This document shows positions 43,492 to 54,056 of a stretch of 64,000 bases of DNA, in pieces. Source of the stretch: a virus. A model generated the notes under the pieces. That model had not been told where the DNA came from. It made no database searches and saw nothing but the letters and a program-made list of their open reading frames with translations. Where the stretch lies: positions 26,630 to 90,629 of the IMG/VR virus record IMGVR_UViG_3300029177_000001. One strand, 5' to 3'. How positions within the stretch are numbered: the stretch's first letter is position 1; each line of letters begins with the position of its first letter. The position numbers and the translations under genes are program-made.

Positions 43492-44991
43492 ATGGGGACA
43501 AAATCAAATGTAAAAAAACTAACACCATTTGAAAAAGAGTTAATCGAAACTATTAAACAGGTGAATCAATACAAGGAAGCTGATGAGGCAAATATTGTTG
43601 CGATTTTATATAAGAATTCAGATTTGATTTATGAAACAAATTTACATTTAGAGGAATTTGGTAATAACGTTTGGAGAGTATACTGGACAATTGCTGATGA
43701 CATTATAAAGGTAGAAAAGAAGAAAACGTTGGATGAAATTACGGTTGGTTTGTATCTTGAAAAACATCCAAAATTAAGAGAAAAATATGATGAGTATGGC
43801 GGATATGAAACTATTGAAGCAGCAGGTGGATATGTAAAATCAGAAAATCTTTATGGATATATTGACGAGCTTCGTAAATGGAATAGTGTAATCAAATTAG
43901 CAAAAATGCGATGTGCGGTAAACGACAGATTAAGTGATTACTGCGATATGACTGCGGAAGAAATTTACAATGAGTGGGAAGCTCAGATCAACGATATTTT
44001 CTCTAATATTGATTACGATGTAAAAAGCTACGACATTTGTGACGGGATATATGAACTGATTGAGAAATTGGACGAGGGGTATGCAGTCGGTCTTCCATAT
44101 AACAATATGGAGATCATTACAAAAGAAACCGGTGGACAATATCTTGGTAGTATTACTTTGGTTGGAGGGTTGAGTAATGTTGGTAAATCAACATTTGCTC
44201 GAAATGCAGTTATTCCAACTGCAATAAAAGAGAAAGAAAGAATCGTAATCATTGTCAACGAGGATGGTTTAGAAAAATGGCAAAGAGAGCTTCTAGTATT
44301 CGCAGCAAATAATATTATCAAAGATGATTTACAAAAGCATGTCGTAAGAGATGGTCATTTTGAGAAGGAAACAAAGGAAATCTTGTATAAAGCAGCAGAT
44401 TGGCTAAAAGAACAAACGGACAATCATATCATAACAATTCTTCCGTTTCAGCAATACAAAACAGAAAATGCTATAAAAACCATAAAGAAATACTCAAGTA
44501 TGGGAGTTAAGTATTTTTTGTTGGATACATTTAAATTAGATGCAGGAAATGTAAGTGATAAAGCATGGCTTGAAATGCAGCAAAATATGGTAAAAATCAA
44601 TGACGTTATTAAACCAGAGGCAAAAAATCTACATATTCTTATTACATTTCAGTTAGCAAAGGGAAGTGTAAAACAAAGATATTACACGCAAGATAATATT
44701 GGAATGTCTAAGAATATTATTGATGTTGCTTCAACATGTATTATGATTCGTGATTTATACGATGATGAATATACAGGAGAAAAAAGGGAGTTAAAAGTAT
44801 ATAAGTTAGAGGGTAAAAATGGAAAGACGAAAATTCCAGTAAAGTTAGATAAAGATAAACATTATCAGATTCTATTTATCATCAAAAACCGTGAAGGTTC
44901 TGCAAATAGGTATCAGGTGGTGATTGAACATGATATGTCAAGAAATATTATTAAAGAAGTTGGGATTACAAATGTTCCAGTAGACTTTTAA
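43492..44991 (+). CDS. dnaB: DnaB-like replicative DNA helicase
   Basis: 'ITLVGGLSNVGKSTFARN' (Walker A), 'VIIVNEDG', DnaB-like N-terminal domain, about 500 aa. Confidence 0.8.
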   Translation: MGTKSNVKKLTPFEKELIETIKQVNQYKEADEANIVAILYKNSDLIYETNLHLEEFGNNVWRVYWTIADDIIKVEKKKTLDEITVGLYLEKHPKLREKYDEYGGYETIEAAGGYVKSENLYGYIDELRKWNSVIKLAKMRCAVNDRLSDYCDMTAEEIYNEWEAQINDIFSNIDYDVKSYDICDGIYELIEKLDEGYAVGLPYNNMEIITKETGGQYLGSITLVGGLSNVGKSTFARNAVIPTAIKEKERIVIIVNEDGLEKWQRELLVFAANNIIKDDLQKHVVRDGHFEKETKEILYKAADWLKEQTDNHIITILPFQQYKTENAIKTIKKYSSMGVKYFLLDTFKLDAGNVSDKAWLEMQQNMVKINDVIKPEAKNLHILITFQLAKGSVKQRYYTQDNIGMSKNIIDVASTCIMIRDLYDDEYTGEKRELKVYKLEGKNGKTKIPVKLDKDKHYQILFIIKNREGSANRYQVVIEHDMSRNIIKEVGITNVPVDF

Positions 44992-45011
44992 GAAAGGCGG
45001 TAAACAGTGTT

Positions 45012-46094
45012 GTGACGATTGGCGAACTAAAAACTTATATATATAAAGAAAATAAGATTGAATATGTACTTCAAGAAATTGGATGTCATCACATTGTTTA
45101 CCATCAAAACAAAGAATATTACTCATGTGGGAATGTAGATGGCGATAATAAATCATGTGTAATTGTACGGAATAATGAATATTTAAATGTTGTGAATTAT
45201 ACAAGAGAAAATTTTTTTGATGACAGATCAGACATTATTACACTCGTTCAGTATAACTTGTCGGCAAAACATAAAGATTCTACTACGTGGGAAGCTGTGA
45301 AAATCCTACATAAGATTTTAGGACTAAGATTATCATTTAAAAAAGAAGAGAAGAAGAAAGAAAAAATTGATCCACTTCAAATATTCAAAAGAGTTAAAAC
45401 GAGACGAAAAAAAATAAATGTTTTAGATTTTGAAGTGCATGACGAAAAAGAACTAGACGCTTTTGTTCCTTATGTACACATTGATTGGTACAAGGAAGGT
45501 GTCATGCCATGGACAGTAAAAAAATTTAAACTTGGATATAGTTATAAGTATAAAAGAAATGTTATTCCACTAAGATACTGGCTTACAGGAGAATTAATGG
45601 GATACAACATGAGAACAACGGTTGAAAACTATGATCTATTTGATATCAAAAAATATTACATTACACCAGGATATCCAAAACAGATTAATTTGTATGGTCT
45701 ATATGAGAATAGAGAGTCGATTGAAAAATCAGATTATGTTGTGGTTGTAGAAAGTGAAAAATCTGTATTAAAGAGAGACAGCCTTTGTGATTCTACATGT
45801 GTTGCTGTTTCTGGACATGAAATATCAGATGAACAGGCAAGGATACTAATAGGTCTAAATAAAGAAGTTATTATCTGCTTTGATAAAGATATTGATATTA
45901 ACCATGTAAGACATTGCTGTGAGAAATTTTATCATATTAGGAAAGTTAGCTATATGTATGACAAATGGGGAATCATAGGTGACAAAGACTCACCAGTAGA
46001 TGCACGAAACCAGATATATGAATTCATGATGAAATATAGAGTAACGTATGACGAACGTGAACATAAAGAATATTTAAAAGCATTACGAAAGTAG
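45012..46094 (+). CDS. dnaG: DNA primase (TOPRIM)
   Basis: 'YVVVVESEKSVL' (TOPRIM Glu), 'VIICFDKDID' (DxD), N-terminal Cys/His cluster 'GCHHIVYHQNKEYYSCGN'. Confidence 0.75.
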   Translation: MTIGELKTYIYKENKIEYVLQEIGCHHIVYHQNKEYYSCGNVDGDNKSCVIVRNNEYLNVVNYTRENFFDDRSDIITLVQYNLSAKHKDSTTWEAVKILHKILGLRLSFKKEEKKKEKIDPLQIFKRVKTRRKKINVLDFEVHDEKELDAFVPYVHIDWYKEGVMPWTVKKFKLGYSYKYKRNVIPLRYWLTGELMGYNMRTTVENYDLFDIKKYYITPGYPKQINLYGLYENRESIEKSDYVVVVESEKSVLKRDSLCDSTCVAVSGHEISDEQARILIGLNKEVIICFDKDIDINHVRHCCEKFYHIRKVSYMYDKWGIIGDKDSPVDARNQIYEFMMKYRVTYDEREHKEYLKALRK

Positions 46095-47306
46095 GTGTTT
46101 ATTATAGGACGCAAAACTAAAGAAGAATTAAATGAAATTATGTCTTATTACAAGACTGATCGATTATGGAGTTGGTCTAAATTTAATACATATCACACAT
46201 CTCCATATGAATACTTTCTTAAATATATAAAACATGTACCCGAAGATAGGGATGACTGTATCTATGTAGTTACCGGAGGAATGGCACATGAGATTATGGA
46301 AGATTTGTATTTAGGACATATTAAATATGAAGAGATGGATGAAAAATTCGAAGATTCTTGGCTGACAGCAGAAGTGGCTGATTTAAAATTTGACAGAAAC
46401 GACGAAAAGAAAAATGAGAGTGTTAAACAAAAATATTATGAATGTCTAAAACATTTCTTTAACCACCATAAGATGTTTGAACAGCATATGGAAATAGAAA
46501 GATTTGTAACAGCTAAAATTGGAGAAAATGTATTTCAAGGATATATTGATGCTGTTTATAAGGATAAAGATGGCAATTTTCATATATTAGATTGGAAAAC
46601 AAGTTCTATTTATAAAGGTAAAAAAGCAGAAAATGAATGCGGGCAGTTGATTGTGTATGCAATTGCATTGAACCAAATGGGAATTCCGATGGATAAAATT
46701 CGTATCTCATGGGATTTTCTAAAATATGTTTCAATTGATTGTCAGCAAGCAAATGGGAAATGGACAACGAGAGAAATTGAAAGAAATCAGATTGGCATGA
46801 AATTGCAAACAAGCGTGAAGATGTGGCTAAAAAAATGTGGATACGAGGAAAATCAGTTGGAGTATCTTGATCTTCTTATGCAGACAAATGATATTAAATG
46901 TCTTCCAAAAGATGTACAAGAAAAGTATAGAATGAATGATTGTATTGTGACAGTTTCAATCACAGAGGAACTTTTGAATAAATGGACAACAGATATTATC
47001 GAAACAATTTCTGAAATTGAAGAGAAGGAGGATAAATATAAGAAACTGAAAGATAGCAATTTATTAAAAGCAGAAAAAGAGTTTTGGGATTCAGATGACC
47101 TAGTAGAAAAGCAAAGCTATTATTTTTCTACATTATGTGCTTACTCTCCGAATGTACATCTGCCATATAAAAAATATTTAGACAAGCTAAATGCCAAGAA
47201 AGAGCAGCAGGATAATATTTTTGCAGGTGTTGGTGAAGATGCCATATCTAATGTTCAAGGAGAATTATTGGATGAAGACGATATGTCTTGGTTAAATGAT
47301 TTATAG
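46095..47306 (+). CDS. PD-(D/E)xK (Cas4/RecB-like) nuclease with acidic tail
   Basis: 'QGYIDAVYKDKDGNFHILDWKTS' (D...D.K core), 'GQLIVYAIAL'. Tail 'ELLDEDDMSWLNDL'. Confidence 0.7.
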   Translation: MFIIGRKTKEELNEIMSYYKTDRLWSWSKFNTYHTSPYEYFLKYIKHVPEDRDDCIYVVTGGMAHEIMEDLYLGHIKYEEMDEKFEDSWLTAEVADLKFDRNDEKKNESVKQKYYECLKHFFNHHKMFEQHMEIERFVTAKIGENVFQGYIDAVYKDKDGNFHILDWKTSSIYKGKKAENECGQLIVYAIALNQMGIPMDKIRISWDFLKYVSIDCQQANGKWTTREIERNQIGMKLQTSVKMWLKKCGYEENQLEYLDLLMQTNDIKCLPKDVQEKYRMNDCIVTVSITEELLNKWTTDIIETISEIEEKEDKYKKLKDSNLLKAEKEFWDSDDLVEKQSYYFSTLCAYSPNVHLPYKKYLDKLNAKKEQQDNIFAGVGEDAISNVQGELLDEDDMSWLNDL

Positions 47307-47321
47307 AACTGGGGTGAGTAA

Positions 47322-48422
47322 GTGGAGAAGAATTATGTACCAACTAAAGAAGAGTTGTACAACGAGATTATTAGAGTATATAAGAAATGCGAAAAAATGA
47401 ACAAGATAATTCTAAAGGAAGAATCTAATATAGAAATAAGTGATTATTGTTTACATAAGCATGGAGGACTACAAAAGATATGTAAGGAATTGAATATACC
47501 ATTTACATTCCACCAAAGAGTTGATCATAAGGATGTTGTTCAAGATTTATTGAGGGTATTTAATGAGCATCAATATTTAAGTACAGAAAGTTATAAGAAA
47601 TACGGTAAATATTCTGTTACCTGCGTTAAAGATCATTTTGATGGATCTTTTAATAAAGCATTAGAAACTCTTAATTTACCTATTAATATGTATAAGAATG
47701 TTACGAAAAAAGATATTAAAGATGACGTTTTAGAAATATTTAAAGACAAAAAAGTTAGTAGTACTGTTTACAGACGCGATGGCAAATATTCACAATCTAC
47801 CATTGAACGATTATTTGGTTCATGGAAAGGACTAATGAAAGAAATGGATTTGCCATATACTTCACATGATTATGGATTTGATGAAATGTTAAGGCAATTA
47901 AATAATGTGTATGAAAAATATGGATGCATAAATAAAACACTGATAGATGAGGAATGTGACTTTACTTATCAGGCATTGAAATATTATATAAAAGATAAAG
48001 AAGAACTATGTAAATTACTTAATAAAGAAAATTTGTTTTCAGATTCTTTGAGTGTAAAAGCTAATCTTTTAAGACGTATATTATATTTATTATTCGGAGA
48101 TGAAAATATTGAATCTGAAAAAACATGGAGTTGGTTAAAAAATGATAAAACTCAAAAAAATCTATATGTTGATTTCTATATAGATAAATTTAATTTAGCA
48201 ATTGAATACGATGGAATACAACATTACAAGATGTATACAAGTTTTCATAGAACTGAACAAGATTTCATTGACTCTTGCGCTAGAGATAAATTAAAAGAAA
48301 AACTTTTAAAGCAACACAAAATTGATTTAATAAGAATCCCATATACATTAAAGTTATGTGAAAAAAATGTAAATAATCTTGTAATTAGCAACTTATTAAG
48401 TAAGAATGGAACGAAAATATGA
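47322..48422 (+). CDS. free-standing homing-endonuclease-like protein (4 HEN-associated repeats + DUF559/Vsr-like nuclease domain)
   Basis: Four repeats of about 55 aa ending in '...G(G/S)(L/F/W)(Q/N/K)K(I/A/G)...L(N/D)(I/L)P(F/I/Y)'. C-terminal 'LYVDFYIDKFNLAIEYDGIQH...IDLIRIPY' is DUF559-like. Confidence 0.6.
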   Translation: MEKNYVPTKEELYNEIIRVYKKCEKMNKIILKEESNIEISDYCLHKHGGLQKICKELNIPFTFHQRVDHKDVVQDLLRVFNEHQYLSTESYKKYGKYSVTCVKDHFDGSFNKALETLNLPINMYKNVTKKDIKDDVLEIFKDKKVSSTVYRRDGKYSQSTIERLFGSWKGLMKEMDLPYTSHDYGFDEMLRQLNNVYEKYGCINKTLIDEECDFTYQALKYYIKDKEELCKLLNKENLFSDSLSVKANLLRRILYLLFGDENIESEKTWSWLKNDKTQKNLYVDFYIDKFNLAIEYDGIQHYKMYTSFHRTEQDFIDSCARDKLKEKLLKQHKIDLIRIPYTLKLCEKNVNNLVISNLLSKNGTKI

Positions 48423-51400
48423 AGAGATACGAAAATTATCATAAACATTGTCATGAAAGTAATATTACAACATTAGATTGTGTTGTAAAAAATACAGATT
48501 ATATTTCTAGAAGTTTAGAATTAGGCTGTAAAAACTATTTTACGACTCAACATGGATGGACTGGAAAATATTTAGAGGCGTATGATTTATGTAAAAAAAA
48601 TAATTTGAAAATGATATATGCTGCGGAATTATATATGGTAAAAGATAGAAAAGAAAAAGATAATTCAAATTATCATATTGTAATTGTAGCAAAAAATCAA
48701 GATGGATTTTATGAATTAAATGAAATTATGTCGGAAAGTAATAAAACAGGTTTTTATTACAAACCAAGGATTGATATAGAGTTAATTAAAAGATTAAATC
48801 CAAACAACTTCATTGTAACTTCAGCTTGTGTGGGCGGAATATTGAGACCAGGCAATGATATGAAAGTTATGTTTGAAACTATATATGGACATTTTAATAA
48901 AAATTTTTATTTAGAAGTGCAAAATCATCAATATGATATACAGACTAGTCATAATAAAAATATGCTGTTGTTGAAACAACATTATGGCTTAAAGTTAATA
49001 CATGCAAATGATAGTCACTATATTTATCCGGAACAGTCAAAAGACAGACTAAATTTTTTAAAAGGTAAAGGAATGAACTATGGTGATGAAGATAGTTTTA
49101 TTCTTGATTTTCCTGATTATGACACAATTGTAGAACGATATAAAAAACAAGGGATCTTATCAGATTGGCAAATTGAAGAAGCATTACAAAATACACTAAT
49201 TTTTGATGAATGTGAAAATTTATATTTTGACAAGGAAATTAAAATGCCAACTATTTATCCAGGATATACACAAGAAGAAAAAGATAAGGAACTTGCAAAG
49301 CATATATGTAGTAAATGGGATAATGAAAAGGTAAATGTTGATAAATCAAGATGGGAAGAGTATAAAAAGGGAATTGCATATGAATATAAAATAATAAAAG
49401 ATACTAAAATGTCTGACTATTTTTTGTTTAATGAAAAAATGGTAGATCTTGCGAAGAGAAAATATGGTGGAGTTTTATCAAGAACAGGTAGGGGATCAGC
49501 AGTTTCTTTCTATATTAATAAGTTACTTGGATTTACTGAAATTGATAGATTTGCAGCACCAGTACCATTATATCCAACTAGGTTCATGAGTACTGCTAGA
49601 ATTTTAGAAACAAGATCTTTACCAGATATAGATCAGAATTGGGCACAGGTTGATGCACCAATTAAAGCCTCAAAAGAATTATTAGGTGATGATGGTGTTT
49701 ACTATATGTATGCACTAGGTACTATGAAGGAATCATCAGCATTTAGAAATCTTTGTAGAGCATATGAATTTCCAATGCATGAGTATAACGAAGTCGCTAA
49801 AAATATTGATGCATATAGGGAGGATAAGAAATGGAAAAATATTATTGAAGAATCACAGAAGTATATTGGTACAATTGAAAGTATTTCACCAAGTCCGTGC
49901 AGTTTTGTTTTGTCAAATAAACCTTTATCTAGAGAATTAGGTTTAATTAGGATTGGTGGAGAATTATGTGCATGTATTGATGGATATACATCTGATGTAT
50001 GGAAATATCTTAAAAACGATTACCTTACTGTAACAGTGTGGCGTATAATTTCAAATTTTTATAAAAGAATTAAACAACCAATTCCTAATATTCGTGAACT
50101 ATTAAATAAAATAGATGGAAATACATGGAAATTATATGAAGATGGTATGACATCAACATTAAATCAAGCTGATACAGAGATTTCCACGTCAATGTTAAAA
50201 AAATATAAACCAAAAACAGATGCAGAAATGAGTGCTTTTGTAGCTGCAATTAGACCTGGGTTTGCAAGCTTGGTAAATACATTTCTAAATAGAAAAAAAT
50301 ATACTACTGGTGTAAAAGAAATCGATGAAATATTGGCACCGAGTTATCATTTTATGTTGTACCAAGAATCTATTATGGCATTTTTAGTATGGTGCGGCAT
50401 GAAAGAGGATCATACATATGACATCATTAAAAAGATTAGTAAGAAAAAATTTACAGATGATGCAAAAGAAGAGTTAAGACAAGAATTGTTGCATGGATAT
50501 AAAAAGAATCTAGGAACAGAAAAGGGATTTGATGAAGTTTGGCAAGTAGTAGATGATGCGGCTAGATACAGCTTTAATGCTTCACATGCAGTATCAGTAG
50601 CATACGATAGCCTATATGGTGCTGAAGCAAAATCACATCATCCATTAGAGTATTTTGAAACAGTGTTGAATGAATATAAATCAGATAATGAAAAAACTAG
50701 CCGTATTATTGCTGAATTAGATTATTTTGGTATTACATTAGAGGGTATTAAATTCGGAAAATCAAAGAATGAATATACGTCAGATAAAGAAACAAACACA
50801 ATATATAAGTCTATTTCATCTATTAAATATTGTAACGAAAAAATAGCCACAGAATTATATGAACTTGGTAGTAAAAATAAATATAACAGCTTCGTAGAAG
50901 TGTTGGACGACATTAAGAAGAAAACATCAGTCAATTCTAAACAGCTTACAATCCTTACTGGTCTAAATTTCTTTAGTGAATTTGGTGGTAATAAATATCT
51001 ACTAAATGTTATTGACATCTATGAAAAGTTTTCAAAATGTAAACAAATCAGTAAAAAGAAATTAGATTCATTGGGACTAACAGAGTTTTTGATGAAAAAA
51101 TACTCTGGTAAAGAAACGGCTTCATTATATAAGGATATAGATAATGTAGGTTTAATAGAAGAACTTTGTAGTCACGTAGAGAATAAAAAAATGGGTATTA
51201 TTGAATCTATGAAATTTGAGAAAGAATATCTTGAGTATATCGTATATACCAATGAAAATGTTTCTCCGCTTTATTATATGGTCACAGATTTTAAGACTTA
51301 CAAAGATACAACAAAACCATATATTACAGCAAGACAGATTAGAACAGGGAAAGAGGTTAAAACCAGAATTAAACAAGGTAAAATTTTCAAAGAAAATCCA

Positions 51401-51532
51401 TTTGGTCAATGGTCTGTTCTAAAAATAAATGAATTCTCGCAAGAATTTAAGAAACGACCGAATGCTGAAGGTAAGTGGGAGGCGACAGATGAACTAGAAG
51501 ATATCCTTACAGAATATGAGGTGATTAGGTGA
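48419..51532 (+). CDS. dnaE: DNA polymerase III alpha subunit (DnaE-type, PHP domain)
   Basis: N-terminal PHP 'YHKHCHESN...D', 'HANDSHY', 'GRGSAVSFYINKLLGFTEID', 'LPDIDQN'. 1037 aa. Confidence 0.85.
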   Translation: MKRYENYHKHCHESNITTLDCVVKNTDYISRSLELGCKNYFTTQHGWTGKYLEAYDLCKKNNLKMIYAAELYMVKDRKEKDNSNYHIVIVAKNQDGFYELNEIMSESNKTGFYYKPRIDIELIKRLNPNNFIVTSACVGGILRPGNDMKVMFETIYGHFNKNFYLEVQNHQYDIQTSHNKNMLLLKQHYGLKLIHANDSHYIYPEQSKDRLNFLKGKGMNYGDEDSFILDFPDYDTIVERYKKQGILSDWQIEEALQNTLIFDECENLYFDKEIKMPTIYPGYTQEEKDKELAKHICSKWDNEKVNVDKSRWEEYKKGIAYEYKIIKDTKMSDYFLFNEKMVDLAKRKYGGVLSRTGRGSAVSFYINKLLGFTEIDRFAAPVPLYPTRFMSTARILETRSLPDIDQNWAQVDAPIKASKELLGDDGVYYMYALGTMKESSAFRNLCRAYEFPMHEYNEVAKNIDAYREDKKWKNIIEESQKYIGTIESISPSPCSFVLSNKPLSRELGLIRIGGELCACIDGYTSDVWKYLKNDYLTVTVWRIISNFYKRIKQPIPNIRELLNKIDGNTWKLYEDGMTSTLNQADTEISTSMLKKYKPKTDAEMSAFVAAIRPGFASLVNTFLNRKKYTTGVKEIDEILAPSYHFMLYQESIMAFLVWCGMKEDHTYDIIKKISKKKFTDDAKEELRQELLHGYKKNLGTEKGFDEVWQVVDDAARYSFNASHAVSVAYDSLYGAEAKSHHPLEYFETVLNEYKSDNEKTSRIIAELDYFGITLEGIKFGKSKNEYTSDKETNTIYKSISSIKYCNEKIATELYELGSKNKYNSFVEVLDDIKKKTSVNSKQLTILTGLNFFSEFGGNKYLLNVIDIYEKFSKCKQISKKKLDSLGLTEFLMKKYSGKETASLYKDIDNVGLIEELCSHVENKKMGIIESMKFEKEYLEYIVYTNENVSPLYYMVTDFKTYKDTTKPYITARQIRTGKEVKTRIKQGKIFKENPFGQWSVLKINEFSQEFKKRPNAEGKWEATDELEDILTEYEVIR

Positions 51533-51541
51533 TGAAAAATT

Positions 51542-53818
51542 ATGGATAAAAAAGAAGTTAAATTTAAATGTTCTGTTGTTAGAAAAACATATGACGGTGG
51601 AGATTACAAAATCTACGCTGTTGATGTTGACAAAAATAAATATCCGGATATAAAGTTCACAAAATATGGAAATGTAACATTAACAGGAGAAATGCATGAA
51701 CTTGGCGTAGGGTCAAATTATGAAGTTGCTGCGGTTGAGCAGTTATCTAAATATGGATACGGTTACAAGGTAACAAACATTAAAAGAGATAGACCAACAA
51801 ACGCAGAAGAAACTTATGTTTTCTTAAGAGAAATTCTCACAGAAAATCAAGCCGATGTTTTATGCAAGGTTTATCCAGATATTGTGGATAGGGTAATCAA
51901 TAACAGATTGGATGATATTGATTTAAACAAAACACCTGGAATAAAAGAGTATACGTTTGATGTGATCAAAAATAAGATTGTCGAAAACTTTTGTTTGGCA
52001 GAAATTGTAACGGAGTTTCAAGGAATGCTGACGCTTTCTATGGTAAAAAAATTGCATGAAAAATATTCATCTGTTCAAATGATAAAACAAAAAATGAGAG
52101 AAGATCCATATAAATGCCTATGTGGATTGGCAAGAGTTGGTTTTAAAACTGCGGACTCAATTTTACTTGAATTGGAAAGAGAGTCTTTGGAAAGTATTAA
52201 AAACGGAAAGAAGCCAATAATAGAATTTAATTGTGATTTGAAAACAAGTAAACAAAGATGTTTATCATGTGTGTTGTACCTATTAGAAGAGAATGAAAAT
52301 AACGGACATACTGTGATGGATATTGTTGATTTAAGAAATCAATGTATGAAATTAACCCCTGCATGTTCAGATTTGTTTGTGGATTGCATCAAACATGAAA
52401 GTATCATTTATGACAGGGATACGATGAACGTAGCTTTGAAGTCTACATATGATACAGAACAATGTATTGCAAATGCGATTATTGAAGGACTAAGGCAAAA
52501 TACAAAATGGAATTTTAATATAGAAAAATATAGAACTGTAAATAATGGATGTGAATTGTCAACTGAGCAGATAAAAATACTGGATTATATTTGTAAATAT
52601 AACATTTGTATACTGAATGGATCAGGAGGAACTGGTAAAACATTTTCGACACAATCTGTTATTCAAATGCTTAAAGACAATAATAAGTCATATGAGTTAT
52701 TTTCACCAACAGGTAAAGCAGCAAAAGTTTTGTCTGAAAATACTGGTGAACAAGCAAGTACAATTCATAGAGGTCTTGGATATATGCCACCCGACAAATG
52801 GGGATATAACGAAGCAGAAAAGATGATGTGTGATGTATTAATTGTGGATGAGTTTTCTATGGTTGATTTGCGATTATTTAAACATATTATAGATGCGATT
52901 GATTTCAAGCGCACAAAACTTCTAATGATAGGAGACAACGCACAGCTTCCGTCTGTTTCATGCGGGAATTTACTTCATGACTTTATGCAGTCCAAAATGA
53001 TTCCGACTGTTACTCTTACGAAAGTATTTAGATACGGCGAAGGTGGTTTAATGAAAGTAGCTACAGACGTAAGACAATGTAAACAATATCTTAATAATAT
53101 TAATCAACAATGTACATATTTTGGAGACAACAAAGATTATGCTTTTATAAATGTTGGTTCAAGCACAATTGTCAAAAATCTAATTGCTCTATATCAAAAA
53201 TTGCTTTCGAGTGGGAAATATAATGTAGATGATATTCAAGTTCTTACTTCCTATAAGAAAGGCGATTATGGACAGATTGTAATTAATAACCAATTACAAA
53301 AAATAGCGAATAAAAATTATGGCAGTCAAGATTTTATGAAGGTTGGAGATATTACTTATTATAAAGACGACATCATCATACAAAATACTAATAATTATCA
53401 TGCTCGAATTTTCTATGAAGATGACTTTATTCCAGATGATATGCCGAAGGAAACGTTTATTGCGAATGGCGAGACAGGGAAAATTAAAAAAATTGATCAA
53501 AATAAAGTTATTATCGAATTTGATGATGTGTTAGTAGAATACGATAGAAGCGCAATGCAAATGTGTGGATTAGGCTATTGTATTACCATTCACAAATCTC
53601 AAGGAAGCAGTATTAAAGTCGTATTACTGATCACTCCTGCAGCACATACATATATGTTAAATTCAAATCTAATTTATGTAGGTTTAACAAGAATGAAAGA
53701 AAGATGTTTTCATTTTGGAGATACAACAACTGTGAATAGAGCTATTAAGAAAAAGGCTAATTTATCAAGAAATACGTTTATGCAGAAGTTATTAAAAAGC
53801 AAAGCAAAAGGAGAATGA
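51542..53818 (+). CDS. recD: RecD-like SF1 DNA helicase
   Basis: 'ILNGSGGTGKTFS' (Walker A), 'VLIVDEFSMVD', 'GDNAQLPSVSCG', 'ITIHKSQGSS', 'YVGLTRMKE'. Confidence 0.85.
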   Translation: MDKKEVKFKCSVVRKTYDGGDYKIYAVDVDKNKYPDIKFTKYGNVTLTGEMHELGVGSNYEVAAVEQLSKYGYGYKVTNIKRDRPTNAEETYVFLREILTENQADVLCKVYPDIVDRVINNRLDDIDLNKTPGIKEYTFDVIKNKIVENFCLAEIVTEFQGMLTLSMVKKLHEKYSSVQMIKQKMREDPYKCLCGLARVGFKTADSILLELERESLESIKNGKKPIIEFNCDLKTSKQRCLSCVLYLLEENENNGHTVMDIVDLRNQCMKLTPACSDLFVDCIKHESIIYDRDTMNVALKSTYDTEQCIANAIIEGLRQNTKWNFNIEKYRTVNNGCELSTEQIKILDYICKYNICILNGSGGTGKTFSTQSVIQMLKDNNKSYELFSPTGKAAKVLSENTGEQASTIHRGLGYMPPDKWGYNEAEKMMCDVLIVDEFSMVDLRLFKHIIDAIDFKRTKLLMIGDNAQLPSVSCGNLLHDFMQSKMIPTVTLTKVFRYGEGGLMKVATDVRQCKQYLNNINQQCTYFGDNKDYAFINVGSSTIVKNLIALYQKLLSSGKYNVDDIQVLTSYKKGDYGQIVINNQLQKIANKNYGSQDFMKVGDITYYKDDIIIQNTNNYHARIFYEDDFIPDDMPKETFIANGETGKIKKIDQNKVIIEFDDVLVEYDRSAMQMCGLGYCITIHKSQGSSIKVVLLITPAAHTYMLNSNLIYVGLTRMKERCFHFGDTTTVNRAIKKKANLSRNTFMQKLLKSKAKGE

Positions 53819-53822
53819 AGAT

Positions 53823-54056
53823 ATGAATTCAGAAATTATTATTGCAATAGTTTTATCAATGCTGGTTGTAATATATGCAGTTATTGAAATTATAAATATT
53901 GCATCAAACATAAAGGTTAAAAATACTTATATTGAATATAGAGATCTATTAAAAGAACAGAATGACTTGTTAAATGAAGATATCCATTGCTTGAAGACGC
54001 TTCTTGGGATTGTGGTTGACAAAGTAGAATCAGAGAGAAAAGGAAATAAAAAATGA
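53823..54056 (+). CDS. small single-TM protein
   Basis: 'IIIAIVLSMLVVIYAVIEII'. ATGA overlap with folD. Confidence 0.5.
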   Translation: MNSEIIIAIVLSMLVVIYAVIEIINIASNIKVKNTYIEYRDLLKEQNDLLNEDIHCLKTLLGIVVDKVESERKGNKK

